Shown one piece after another: positions 52,021-64,000 of a stretch of 64,000 nt of DNA; the stretch's first letter is position 1, and each line of letters begins with the position of its first letter. The notes beneath the pieces were generated by a model. It searched no databases. It saw only the letters and a program-made list of their open reading frames with translations, and was not told the DNA's origin. The position numbers and the translations under genes are program-made. The DNA lies in the NCBI RefSeq assembly GCF_036321535.1, contig NC_087457.1:23498001-23562000 (forward strand), in the 5' to 3' direction. Origin of the DNA: Camelus dromedarius. Its lineage: Eukaryota.

Positions 52021-54710
52021 AAAGACCCTATTCCTTGTAAATACTTACCTTGAGAAGAAAAAAAAAAAAAGACCATTTAAATGACTCAAGCTAACTTTAG
52101 AAAATTAGAACTGTAAAGATTCATTCATCTTCTGAAACCTTTTTAGAGTTCCTTTTGATGGAAGTTTGTTGGCATCCCTGAATCTTTAAAAAAAAAACAC
52201 TTTATGCATTGCCTTTAATAATGTGATGTGTTTCTGTGGGAAAACTGGTTTGAACCATAGTTGCAAGTGTTGACTGATAACCACCTGCAGTGAATGGCCA
52301 GTTTGGCTTCCATTCAAGGAGCAGACAATAAAAGGAACCAAATTAACGTTCGAAATTCCGCTCATGGAGAAAAGAGGTTAGATGGAGAGCTGCCCTTACA
52401 GCTCTCGGTGCCAAGACAGATGGTGGGAGAGGGAAATAGGCTATGGGACATTCAGTGAAAAAAGCTCTCTTGCAGAGGCTCAAAGCACTGCCCAATTCTG
52501 GCTTTTTGGATTATCTCATATGTGTTTCCAGTGGATATCACTCTTGGGTCTACACTCATTGGCTACTGCTCTTCTTGAGGTGTCCATCTGTCTGGGTATA
52601 TATATTTAGAAACAAACTAGAAAATGAGTCGTAACTGCTTAGTTAATGCAGCATCTTAAAATGCTTAGGTCTCATCTATCCTTGTAGGACTCAGAAAGAT
52701 AATTCCAATGCCTATTATAATTAATGGTCTTCATAAAATAAATAATAAGAGAATAAATCAATGATAGTCTGTTTCAGTTTGATTACTGTTCAGAATGTCT
52801 AATTAAAGACAGTAACTTAAATTACCAATAAGGACAAAGGATAGAGCTGAGCTGGACTGTATATATTTTCTATGAGTTGCAGGCAGTTCATTATATTTAT
52901 AGTATGGTCTTGGCTTCTGTGAAGCTTTACTCTATTGATTTTCTTGCCTCACTCTCTAGTTAACGTCTCTTCTTTTTCCTCCTTAAACATGTACACTCCT
53001 TGAGATTCAGTTGTTGCCCTATTTTTCCTCTTACACACAGTTCTTCTCAGCACCTTGTTAACTTTCATAGCTTCAAATCACTTCTTTGTGTGTCACTCAT
53101 ATCTATGTTTTCTGTAATCTCTTTTCTGAATTCCAGTCTTGTCTTCTACATATTTTTCTCCATTTTTATATTTATCATTTATTCTGAAAATTCACTGCCT
53201 ATTCTCATTGCTTTATTTTTATAACCACAAGTACAATAAGCTAGTTTTTATATGACAATGACTTTCTAAATTTGAGGCCACATTTGTATAAGGAGACTAG
53301 CTTAATGGTCTGTGGGCCATCACCTCCTATCCCCACCACCACGACAACTTGACGGGACTGAGTATGCCTGGTTTGCAAATTTATTATTAATCTACTTACT
53401 TATTTACATCACTTCTTGGCACAGGAATTAGCAATGGCTCCATGATTGCCAGGATCAAACGAAAAGACAACATGATTTCTGTTAATGCATGAACTTGCAG
53501 AAATGGTTGTATAATAAAGTACCATTTTTTATTTTAATGAAATTTAAATTCACTATTTAAATGAAAATAAGAAATGTTCATTTTTAAGCATAATGTCAAA
53601 CATTCTTCAGGTTTTTTAAGCACATATTGTTATTCACACAAACAAATGGGTGCAGACACACACCTTCACCCATCTGAACAAATACTTCTTGTTCCCAGAA
53701 TTCATCTAGCGTTGCTCCAGTGTCCTCATGAAGTTCCTTCTTTCCTTCTTCCCTACCCTCTCCCTCTCTTTCTGGTTTCCTTCCTTTCTGCTTTTCTTTC
53801 CCTTTCCTCTTTCCTTTGTATGTCTAAGAAGTTCACTCAGATCTGTTACTTAACTACACATTTTTGATCATTGATTTAAGTGATTTTTTTGTTAAGTCAC
53901 CTGAATATGGTTCATTTGAGGATTCAGATTTTAAATATTGTAATGTCTAGATAATTTTTAATTTTGTTCTTCAATAAATTGTGTCCTTTAAGAATTTGAT
54001 AATCAAGCTTTCAGGAACACAGTATGAATCCAGTTTTCTACTTTCTCCTTTGATCTATGAATATCGATTAGCAAAATTATAAACAATATTTAATGAATGA
54101 TTTTTATTATAAAAGTCTTATATCCATAAATCAGTCTTACACATTTTTAAGTAACTTTGAAACATCACCTTTTAAGCAATGTTATATTTATGTTATTTCA
54201 GTTTTATCTGAAGTTTATTAGCTGTCAGTTTATAGAGTATTTATAGTGTGGAATATTCCCCTTCCAGAAATTCCTGAAATATATGTAAAACAGTACTTAC
54301 CTTCTTGCTGGAGTAATGTCAATCTTTTTAACTCCAGTAGTCCGATATTAATGTTTTGCAAGCAAACTTAGTTAAAGGGCCTCTCCCAAACTATCCAATT
54401 CCACCTTAGTAGTCTGTCACAGCATTTATTGTTGATTAGAGAGACAGTCAGCTTCTGCTGCTGTATTGTCTGATACCTTCTCAGGAAACAACTCCAGGAT
54501 TCTTCTGCTTCAGGTATCATTTATGTATTACTTCTTCATATTTTAGCATCATTTGGTTCCCAGATTTTTGTATTTCACAGTTCAGTGAAATTTCAAAACA
54601 GAAATTGGGATACCAACACCCGGTTATCTGATTTTTAATTTTTAAAGTTAGTTAAAATTTTAAAATTTAAATTCAGCAAATTCCTCTCATCTAGCATCAC
54701 AGTCATTTAC

Positions 54711-54789
<79 letters not shown>
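54711..54789. repeat. (TTTC)n tetranucleotide microsatellite, about 19-20 units
   Basis: Perfect run read directly, followed by degenerate TATC units. Confidence 0.97.
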
Positions 54790-56596
54790 AGCTATCTTAT
54801 CTATCTGATTGTCTATCTTTATTTTTCGAATTTTACTATAAACTGAAGATCATTGACTCTCCTGGGAAAAGGGAACTGTCTTTGCTTTCTTTTATATTTG
54901 TAATTTTTTTCTCACTAGCTGTCTCTTGTTTATTCTTTTTCCAGCAAACAATGCCTCACTTTCATTCTTCCATGGGAAACTGCCAGTTTGCAGACTTCCT
55001 CTCTATCATGCCCCTCATAGTTCCAATTAAAGGGCTTTCATAAATAAACAATCTTAATTAGAACTGATTTATCACTGAGAAAATCTCAGTACTTCAACAT
55101 GCAAAGCAGCTGAAATTGACACAAAATATGTAACAAGGAATTCTGATGGAATACAGTATTCCAGACATATTTATTTGTGTTTTGTTGTAACCGTCTCTGT
55201 ATTCAAAATATATATGCAGAAGAATAAGAATGAAAGCTTCAGTCATTCCACTGTTCTTCAGTCCATGTTTAAAAAGACCAGTGTCGCCAGATCCTGTGGG
55301 ATTGTTACGTATACAGACTACCAAATTCAGCTAGCCAGATTATCTCATTGCAGCTTTCTCCAGTTGCACTGAGATAACCTACTGCAGGAAAATCATGGAT
55401 ACTTTTCCTTCATTTATTCTTCAGTGATAAATCTAGAGCAGCATTTTACATTTTTCCATAAATATGTTATTCACCAAACTAATGGTATAAACTCAGGAGT
55501 TACCTCCTCTTTGTCTCTACAGCCCGTTAATATCTCTTACTAGAATGGTGTAGAATGATGTTGTCAGGTTATTTGCATATGCTTAGGATGATTAAAAGAG
55601 CCTCAGACAATTTGTTTAGTTTTGATTTCATGTGGGAACATTTCCAAGCATCCCTCAAAGTATCTTTTGTGTACCCTTCTCCTCCAAACCTGGTACTAGA
55701 TGATGGAAATAAAATGGTAAATAAGACAATTAAGATAACTGCATGGTTAATGGTCAAGCTTATATTTTAGAGAGGAAGATATACAATAAACAAGAAAGCA
55801 GGTAGAAAGAAATTAATAGAATCGTTGCTGCTTATGGTGAATTCTTTGAAGCCTAATTTCTGTTGCATGGTAAAGGACAGACTCTTTGCTGTACTGATAT
55901 GTAAGCTGAGGTCTAATAGATGAGAAAAAACCAGACATTCTACGTTAGGCAGAGAGAACAGGAGGTGAGGAAGTTTTGGATGAGGAAAAGGGGTAGGAAC
56001 TGACCAAAGGCCAATGTGACTTGAGATGCTAAGTGCAGGGGAGGGAGAACAGAAATGAGGCCTGGGTGGGGAGTGGGAGGTGGGAGGACTCACTCAGCAG
56101 GCCTCTCAGGCCAGGAGAGAGTTTCCATGTAGGATTTTGCTCATTTCACTGGGCTTATGACTGCAGAAACAGTTTCCAGAGAATTAGGTATATTGAATGC
56201 CTTTATGTTCACATACACAGAATAAATGTGTGACTCTATTGAAGAAGAGTGTTTTCATGCAACAGCAATGTCAGTTCACTGAATTCTGTCCCCAGGAATC
56301 ACAAATGAGCTTTAAACATGGGTTATTTTCTTGAGGGTTAATTTACAGGAGCCAGCAAACCACAGCTGAAACCCTGTTTAATGATCAAGCACAACCTGGA
56401 CAATTGACTCTTGCTTATGAAAATCCTCATGGATTATTTAAAGAGTTCACACCAGTTTGTTTAACCACAAAAATGCAAATTATTCTAGAGTTTTAGAAAT
56501 TGTAATTTCTTAAGGGTGTTATTTAAAGAAAAAAAATCATAATAAACAGTGTTTGAACAGAAGAATTTCTGAGGGTAAGGCAGATTCTTTTTCCTT

Positions 56597-56627
56597 TCTT
56601 CCTTCCTTCCTCCCTTCCTTCCTTCCC
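56597..56627. repeat. (CTTC)n short microsatellite
   Basis: Imperfect run read directly. Confidence 0.8.
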
Positions 56628-58199
56628 TCACCACCTTTTTGTAAAATATACTTACGAGAGATTTATACTCAGTGAAAAAGCTTCAACATATTAGTAAGAT
56701 ATACTCAGGTAGAAATGGGTGAAATAGTTATGGAATAAAAATCTCTCTCATCAAAACATACTAAATGTTGAATAAGAGCCTCCCTGCTCTGCTTTTCTGT
56801 TTCCCCACTCCTGGTGCCTTACTTGAACTATGATAGGAGACACAAATCGCCATGACTCCAGTCTCCTGGGGCAGTTTTGCAAGTATGCACGTAATCCTGG
56901 TTTACATTCCACGTTCTCAGAGAATAGCTGAGACTGATTTAACCAACTGGTGTTTATGTCATACTATCGAGAGGAGTGAGAAGTGTGTGGTTGATAGAAG
57001 GTGTGTTTATTGATTTTGTCAAGAATCTGGCACAAAGCCCTATCACTGTGGGTCACCAGACAATGAACACTCACAGAATTTGGTTCTAAAACCACAGTCA
57101 TAAAGGGAAAGAAATCCTTTTGGCGTTTTGAATTTTCAGTTTGGGAACTTATTAGAAACTCCTTTCAGCTCTCAAGCCAATATCCTTGCTAAGAAGTTGG
57201 GTGGGAGTATCAGACGCTAGTTTTCAAAAAATTTTTTTCCTGATTGTATTTGTTAAAAATAGTTTGAAAATACTCATGTATTATTTTCCCCAGTTTTCTC
57301 TTTTTTCTTCCATTGAGTAATTTGAGAACACACGCTTGATTCAATATATTTTTGCATCTTGCATGTACAGTGTGACTAAACAACAGATTAGCTGTTTCAT
57401 TTAGAGTCAGGTAGTTCCCCTGTGTTCGGGTGTAATTGTCACAGGTAAAGGCTGTGCCGTAAAAAGGGGCATTTAGCATTTAAATTTAACAAGGTAAAGA
57501 CCGTAGAGACATTCTGTGATCCAACTGACAAATTACTAAGGATTGTTTCCTGATTAATTAAGTAGCGATAAAAAGAAACCGAAGAGCTGGGATAAGGAAC
57601 ATTGTATTTCCCTGAGATAGTCATTAGGAAGTGAGGAAATTCAGGTGAGCATGGAAAAGCTAGGGTGTCTTGGTTCTTAGGCTACTTACTGTATCTGTAT
57701 GCTACTCCTCTCTCTCTCCCCCCTCCCCTATTCTTGAGACCAATACAACTCTCACAAGCTATGTAATGTAATTTTCTCTCAAAATTTTATGTTGTCCTTC
57801 GTGTAATAGTCTACTCTATTTCCAAAATTCTACATCGCCTAATACAGAGAATTTAAGAAATCTATATATGCTTTCTGTATTTTTTACATACTTAAATGCC
57901 TACTCACTTTATCATAAATTGTTTCTTTGCGTAAACTATTCTCTGCTGAGTTGTCTTCTGCTAGCCGGTTTCAAAGGGAGTTGTTTTGTATTTTCTCCTA
58001 TTTTACAGTTATCTATATTCATAACACTTTATCACACTGCACTATGCTTTTTAAATTCATGATAACCTCTTTCTATTCAATTAGTTCCTCTGTTCTTTTC
58101 ACCTTTTATCACATTTCCATAGTGTAGCATAATCTTTTAAATAGAAGTGGGGTTTTGCCCCTAACCAATGTAAAACTGTTCTCTGGTTCCATATTGCTC

Positions 58200-58560
58200 T
58201 TGAGATGACATTCACATTTTTTATCCATCTTGTATGGACTTGCCTATTATAACTTGTTATCTTTCTAGCTGTCTGTCTTTCCATTCCCCACCTCATACTC
58301 TAAACTCCAACTGCACTAAAATACTCTCAGTTTCTGAACAGATTTTATGGTTATGGATGATGGTCATAACTTTCCTCAGTCTGGAATGCAAAATTCAATT
58401 ATCCATGGACTGCCTGCCATTCTCCCCTTGCAGACATCTCTCATGTCTTGGCTTAGAGCCTTCCTCTTTCAAAAAGCCTTTTCTTTATAAAATTGGGTTA
58501 GATATTCTCCTGTGGATACAATTAGTCATATACCTTCTCACCTTACCATTCATAATACTG
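58200..58560 (+). mobile_element. L2 fragment
   Basis: 'ctctaaactccaactgcactaaaatactctcag' and 'tttcctcagtctggaatgc'. Confidence 0.65.
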
Positions 58561-59999
58561 CACTCTAATTGTTCATTTGATATTTCATATGGATTGTGTG
58601 TGTATAAATATATTGTATAGATATATAGGGGTGTGTGTGTGTATATATATATATATAATGTTTTCTTACCGAATGGACGTATATATGAACATTTTTGTAT
58701 GACCAAGTTTTTGTCTTGATTTTGTACTTTTGCAATAACTGTTGCACATACTTCTTTGTCAATGAAGGTGTTTCTAAGGAGCATTTCTCGAAGTGTCTTT
58801 GGGAATACCAGCTCCATGAGGAATTCTCAGCAAATATTCATCAGTTATAAATACACAGTGAACAATGGCATACTCAGCATTCCAAAAGATTCTGAAACAC
58901 AGAAATCATTTTAACTTTCAGAATTTTAAAAATATATTTTATGATAGGGCCTTTATCTCTTACATGACCAATTATTAGTAGCTTCAGAATAAATTCTGAA
59001 ACATAGACTTTGAGAAATATTATTCAACATATGTTTTTAAATGTAACTAAAGTATTTTTTGTTTTTCACTAAGACTTTATTTGAGGACATAACTAAACTG
59101 TGTCACCACCTCTCACCCCAGTTTGAAAAGGGTTAGTACAGTGAATGTGATAAAGCAGATATGAACAGTTTGGAGGATTGGGACCAACATTGACTGACCA
59201 AAACCTCCATCTAAATCATTACAGAAATGTTTAAGTTAGGAAAAAAATTTAAAAAAAAAGGAGAGGGCAATGGGGATTTTCTGATTGAACAAGATCCTCA
59301 CATTTCATCTAATACATTCAGTCCTGGCTAGAGTATACCAAACATGGAAACAGGATTACTGTAATACAAAACTTCCATACAGCGTGATGACACACCTGTG
59401 TTCCAAGCCCACCGCCGTCCCTCTGATGCTTCCAAACTCAACTATTTCCCCGTCTGTTGGGCCTGTCGAGAAAGGCCTGTTATTCAGGCCTTATGTCAGT
59501 GTTTCTGTTGTGTGATTATTTCCCCTTGAACATGGAAAAGTCTGTATGTTTGCTGACTGATGGGTGGAGAGTCTCCTTGTTTTCCATTACCTTTTCGTCT
59601 CAGCATCCTTTTGTCAGATTGGAAGCTGGCAGTTTGAAGATTTGCAGAATTTCTGTGGTGTTTTCTGTTGTCTAGCAGCCCTTTTCCAAGATGAATCTTC
59701 TGAACTGAGGAGGAAGTTCTGGTTTCTGCTTCCTTTTGACTTGCTATCTATCAAACATTTTATTTTCATATTGTTTTCAGTGGTTTTAAGAGCCTCCTCT
59801 TATACAAAGTACAAATTAAAAGCTGCAGCACGAAGAATTATAGATAGATGTGTACATATATAAGATAACTATGTATGTGTACATATAAACTGTATATCTG
59901 TATCCTATGGGTTGTTTCCATGGGGATCCTAGACTAATACAATGATTATTGGGAAGCTTTTGTTTATTTCAGCTCTCATATTTTTGTGTTACTTAAGCC

Positions 60000-60660
60000 T
60001 CCTTGTCTTTGCCTTCTCTTTTCCTGTTTCATGCCCTGTGTTGCAATTATCTGATGTTCTTTACTTAATTTTCCACTCTACTATCCACTCTAAAATGTGG
60101 GCAGTCTATTCATATTATTTTATTATTGCCATTTTATTTAAAAAACCCAACTTAACATTAACTTTTCATAACAATGGGAATATCCATTATGAATTTTTCA
60201 TACCTGTTAGGGAATTCATAGTGTTATAATTACTTTCTTCCATCTCCATTATTTTAGCCAGATATTTTATTTGGCCTTGATTTCATCTCATCAACTAATT
60301 TTTTTCTAATTTTTTTAATACTCAGTGCTGTTTTAGATTTATCATCTTGGTTTTTTTATTTTTGAATAATTTCTTTTTATATTTTACCTTAACCCTTTCA
60401 ATCAAGGTCTCTTTATTATTTTAAACAAGGATCTATAAATAATAAAGATTTCTACCTTTGAATGTCTGAAAAATAACTTTAGTTCAAACCACTTTTGAAA
60501 GTGAGTTTTGAATTGGATTCTGGCATTTTGAAAATATTCTATACCCACTGTTGTTGATTGATAAGAACTCTTTCTAGAGTCTGCTTATTGTTTCTTTATA
60601 ATGATTTGTTTCTGTCTGTTATTTTTTGAGATCTTTGCCTTGAATTTTCTGATCTTATAC
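60000..60660 (-). mobile_element. Degraded L1M ORF1-region fragment
   Basis: 'ttctacctttgaatgtctgaaaaataacttt' and 'ggattctggcattttgaaaatattctatacccactg'. Confidence 0.5.
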
Positions 60661-61309
60661 TTTCTACACTCTGGACAAAAAGCAAGTTTAGCCCCTACAC
60701 CTTTGTATGATACAAGCTCGCACACTAATCTTTCATAGGTGGCTCTTTGTCTTATGATATTCTAGTAAAGCATTGATTCATTAAAATCTTTTAAATATTG
60801 TCCTATTTTAATTCAAAATATTCATGCTTGATGTATAGGCAGCAAAATTTATACTTAAGGAAAGTATACTTTTTCCCCATGATTATACTCATAGCAATAT
60901 TGTTAGAATTGTGATTGGAAATCCAGATACTTGAATCAGAACTCTTTCCACTCAATTAAACTATCTCATTGTTAAGTGATTTGCTTAGACGTTTCTTGCT
61001 GATATGAGTACTGGAAAGATTCAGTAACCTTTCTCGACACTGGAGCTAATCCAAAGTAAACAGTGAATTATGAATTAAAATTTAATGTAACTCAGTAGAG
61101 CTGACATATTTCATTTGTCCCATTGCAGTTCATTCATTCTATAAACTGTAATATATTAAGTATCTGGTGCAATACTAGAAATTGGAAATACGGATATGAA
61201 TAAAAGACATACTTAAATAGTTGCCAGTCTACTTAGGAGACAGCTGATAGAAGGGCAACAATATATGTTAGGTAAATGATACTAAATTAAAAATTCAGGG
61301 TAAGAATTT

Positions 61310-62060
61310 TTATATAGCAGCAAGCATTTAAAAATCTTTTAAAACTTTCGTAGTATTTTATTCTCAGGAAACTTTTATGCTCATAAAAGTTACTGAAATA
61401 GCTTTTGTTTATATGAATTCTCATATTTGCTTCTTTATTCAGTATGTTACAGTATGTTTTTTGGATTAAAAATTATGAAGAATATTTGGCTTCACAGAGA
61501 TGTATATTTGGAAATGAGAGAAATACATAACTAGACTTTGACGATAATTGGTTTTTTAAATTGACGATCCATTTTAACTGGACAAGTAGTTTCTTAGAGG
61601 TTGGTTGCAACAAGGAATCTGAAATCATATCAGTGAGTTTTTTAATATTTTTTATTAAAACCCATTGTTCTGTCTTTTACCCATGAATCATCTTGGCAAA
61701 TATTGGTTCATTCATTGAATCATGCATATATCTCAAATAACAGATTTAATTAAATACTATCAAAAGTCACATTTATTAAAATCACCACTAACCTCATTAG
61801 AGAAGTCTTTACTCTCAAGCCATAAAGCTCATTGTCCTAGGGATTCTGATTTTCAATTGAAAGCTTAAATTTTATCATTGGCAACAAATATGTCCATTTT
61901 TTCCCTTAAAGTGACAGCTTCACTCTGTTCATTTCTGAAAAAAATCTTTTCCAAATACTCAAGTCTGAATAAATACAGTTTTCTGTCAGTCATGGCACTC
62001 TGTGATAAAAGTAGTTGGTTCTGCTCACAACTCAAATAATGGCCCAAGTGCTTTTCCTCA
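61310..62060 (-). mobile_element. Charlie1 (hAT) transposase C-terminal part and 3' region, decayed
   Basis: The minus-strand peptide YLFRLEYLEKIFFRNE..FVANDKI resembles the Charlie1 motif L(G/A)YLADIF..NE..FVANDKI. DNA 'gtttcttagaggttggttgcaacaaggaatctgaaatcatatc' resembles the Charlie1 consensus. Confidence 0.85.
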
Positions 62061-62977
62061 AGACAGCTATCTTACTTTGCTGTGTTGAGGAGTGTTTTCT
62101 GTATATTTTTCATTTCATTACACCCAATATTAAAAAAAAAAAAAAGTGCTTACGGGTTGAGATTTAAATAAATAATAAATTTCTATTTAAGTAAGTAGAA
62201 ATCACTGCTTCATCAAGGCATTGAATAAAAAGACTAGTTTTTCCTCTGAGAGTATGATTGTGAGGAATGCAATGACTGCTGGTATGTATTGGTGCCACTG
62301 CCTGGATCTGGGCTGAGGAGACGACAGTTTACCCACCCTTGTTATTGTATGACATGTGCAAATGTGAGCATGCTGAATTATAAACTGAAGTTTGACCTCA
62401 TGGACTGCCTGTCTTGAAGACCTCCTTTGGTCCTCTCATGGATTACAGTTTCATAATAAATGCTTAGAAAGAAGCAAAGCAATAATATTTTTAAACAGTA
62501 TTTTTCTCTCGGTGGTAAAATTCTGGAAGACATTTTTTCTCTTAAAATATTTTTATGTTTTTCTAATGTTCTACTGTGAGTTCATATTATTTTCATAAAA
62601 AACAGAATATCATGGTTCAGATTCTTGGCTGTAAAATGATAGGCTTCTAAATAGTTTAATAGAAGACACAACTTTTTTCCCTAAATATGTGAGATATTTG
62701 GGCATGTTTTGGCTGAAAGGAAATAATATGGAAGAGGGTGAGTCTAAAGATACAGGAGAAGAGGGGATTATTGACTGAAGAGGGTCTCGGTGACACAAGG
62801 AGAAGTGAGACCAAAGCAAGTAGCCCATTTACACAGACACACCATCGCTCAGGGGCATGGCAAGACAGGTGTTGCTACTTCATTCCTTTTAGGTGGTGTC
62901 AGGGTAAATAAATGGGCTGAAAGTCCATTGAATATGTATGTCAAAGAGAGAACTGGGGTGTTGAGCAGTCCTCTAAT

Positions 62978-63700
62978 CAGGACAGGCTGTATGAAGCTTG
63001 GGATCTAGTGCAAAAGGAAAATGAGGAGTCCTTGTTCCAAAATTATTAAGAAATTCAAGAAGACTGGTATGTACGTGGCCCTCCTGAGGACATGTGTCCG
63101 GTAGCTACAATGGTTGTGTTTTCATGGACCTGCACTAGTGTAACAGTCTAAGAGTGTTTTAGAGCCACAATTCTAAGTCACAGTGTATTCTACTCCCTGA
63201 AAAAATTCAAATATTTTTCTCCAACAATATAATAACAAATCTTCTAAAACAACAGTCTGTCTGCCAAATATGGGCTGCTTTTTTCTTTAATTTTTGCTTT
63301 TTCAGTCTTTCAATAAAGTTCAAAAATATTGATGCTTTGTTTGTGGAAATGAAAGTTCAAAGGTTCACCCTTTGCAGCGATAACTTCTGAACTTGACATG
63401 TTGTGTTTTGAAGTTTTTTCATTAAATATTTTCTCAATTTCATACTTTTGTAGGTTAGTATTGTCAGTCCTTTGAAATGTGTTTCCAAACGTAACACTGG
63501 ATATTGTGTCTTATGACTTAAGTGGTTGTGTGTCACTGAATATCCAGAAGCATAATTTATGAGGGAGTAAGTGTAAGAATTTTCAGAAAATTAAGGCAAG
63601 CATATGAATTGGTGTTCAATCGTAAATAAACAAGGAGAGCGAATATTAAAATGTATATGAATTTGTATTTTAATCCATACATTGTTCTTTCAACTTGGAA
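62978..63700 (-). mobile_element. MER45-family (hAT-Tip100) element with longer internal sequence
   Basis: 'caggacaggct...ctagtgcaaaaggaaaatgaggagtccttgttccaaaattattaagaaattcaaga' resembles a MER45 terminus. The right boundary is uncertain. Confidence 0.7.
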
Positions 63701-64000
63701 AAATCACTTTGTTTTCTTTTTTCTTTTCCTTAAAAGAAAAGTAGTTGGAGTCAAGTCATATTGTCTTCTGGTGGATCAGTTATAAAATTTCCTTATTTCT
63801 AAGGACAGAAAATCAATTCCATGAAACAATGATGAATGAAACAGGATTCTTACAGTTGATCTCATGCCCTTTTTGGTATGTAATGGGCCACTTTAACTGA
63901 TGGCAGGTGTTTCTCTTATAGATACATTTTCTTTAATAAGGGTATTTTTTATTTAAAGTTTTTAGTTTTTAATGACGTTTATTATTTTCTTTCTAATTTT

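Noticed and set aside
52275-52455. Plus-strand peptides EWPVWLPFKEQTIKGTKLTFEIPLMEKR and MASLASIQGADNKRNQ...
   Set aside because: Two overlapping frames look equally plausible, with weak splice and Kozak context and no recognised homology.

Overview
Mammalian nuclear DNA, visibly AT-rich and CpG-depleted, with one 146-N assembly gap (4964-5109). The youngest LINE-1 3' ends are of the cetartiodactyl type. I saw no Alu, Bov-tA/Bov-A2, PRE1, CHR or Can-SINE copies, which tentatively suggests a camelid-like species. Much of the window is decayed interspersed repeat: L1M/L1ME/L1MB, L2, MIR, an ERVL LTR with internal sequence, MLT1, a short ERV1 solo LTR, hAT elements (MER5A, MER58A, Charlie1, MER45/Tip100-like), Tigger MITEs (MER2, MER8) and microsatellites. 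I recognised no protein-coding gene, RNA gene, CRISPR array or other prokaryotic feature, and nearly all listed ORFs look spurious or repeat-derived. The window looks like a long intron or a gene desert. The most interesting leads are a minus-strand AAG|GTAAGT site behind a long pyrimidine tract (possible recursive splice site), hand-picked minus-strand exon candidates that can join into a 76-aa ORF, a 5'-inverted L1MB insertion, and a 172-bp U3-deleted solo LTR with an intact 4-bp TSD. None is strong evidence of a new biological system. Repeat names come from remembered consensus sequences, not a database search, and most repeat boundaries are approximate.
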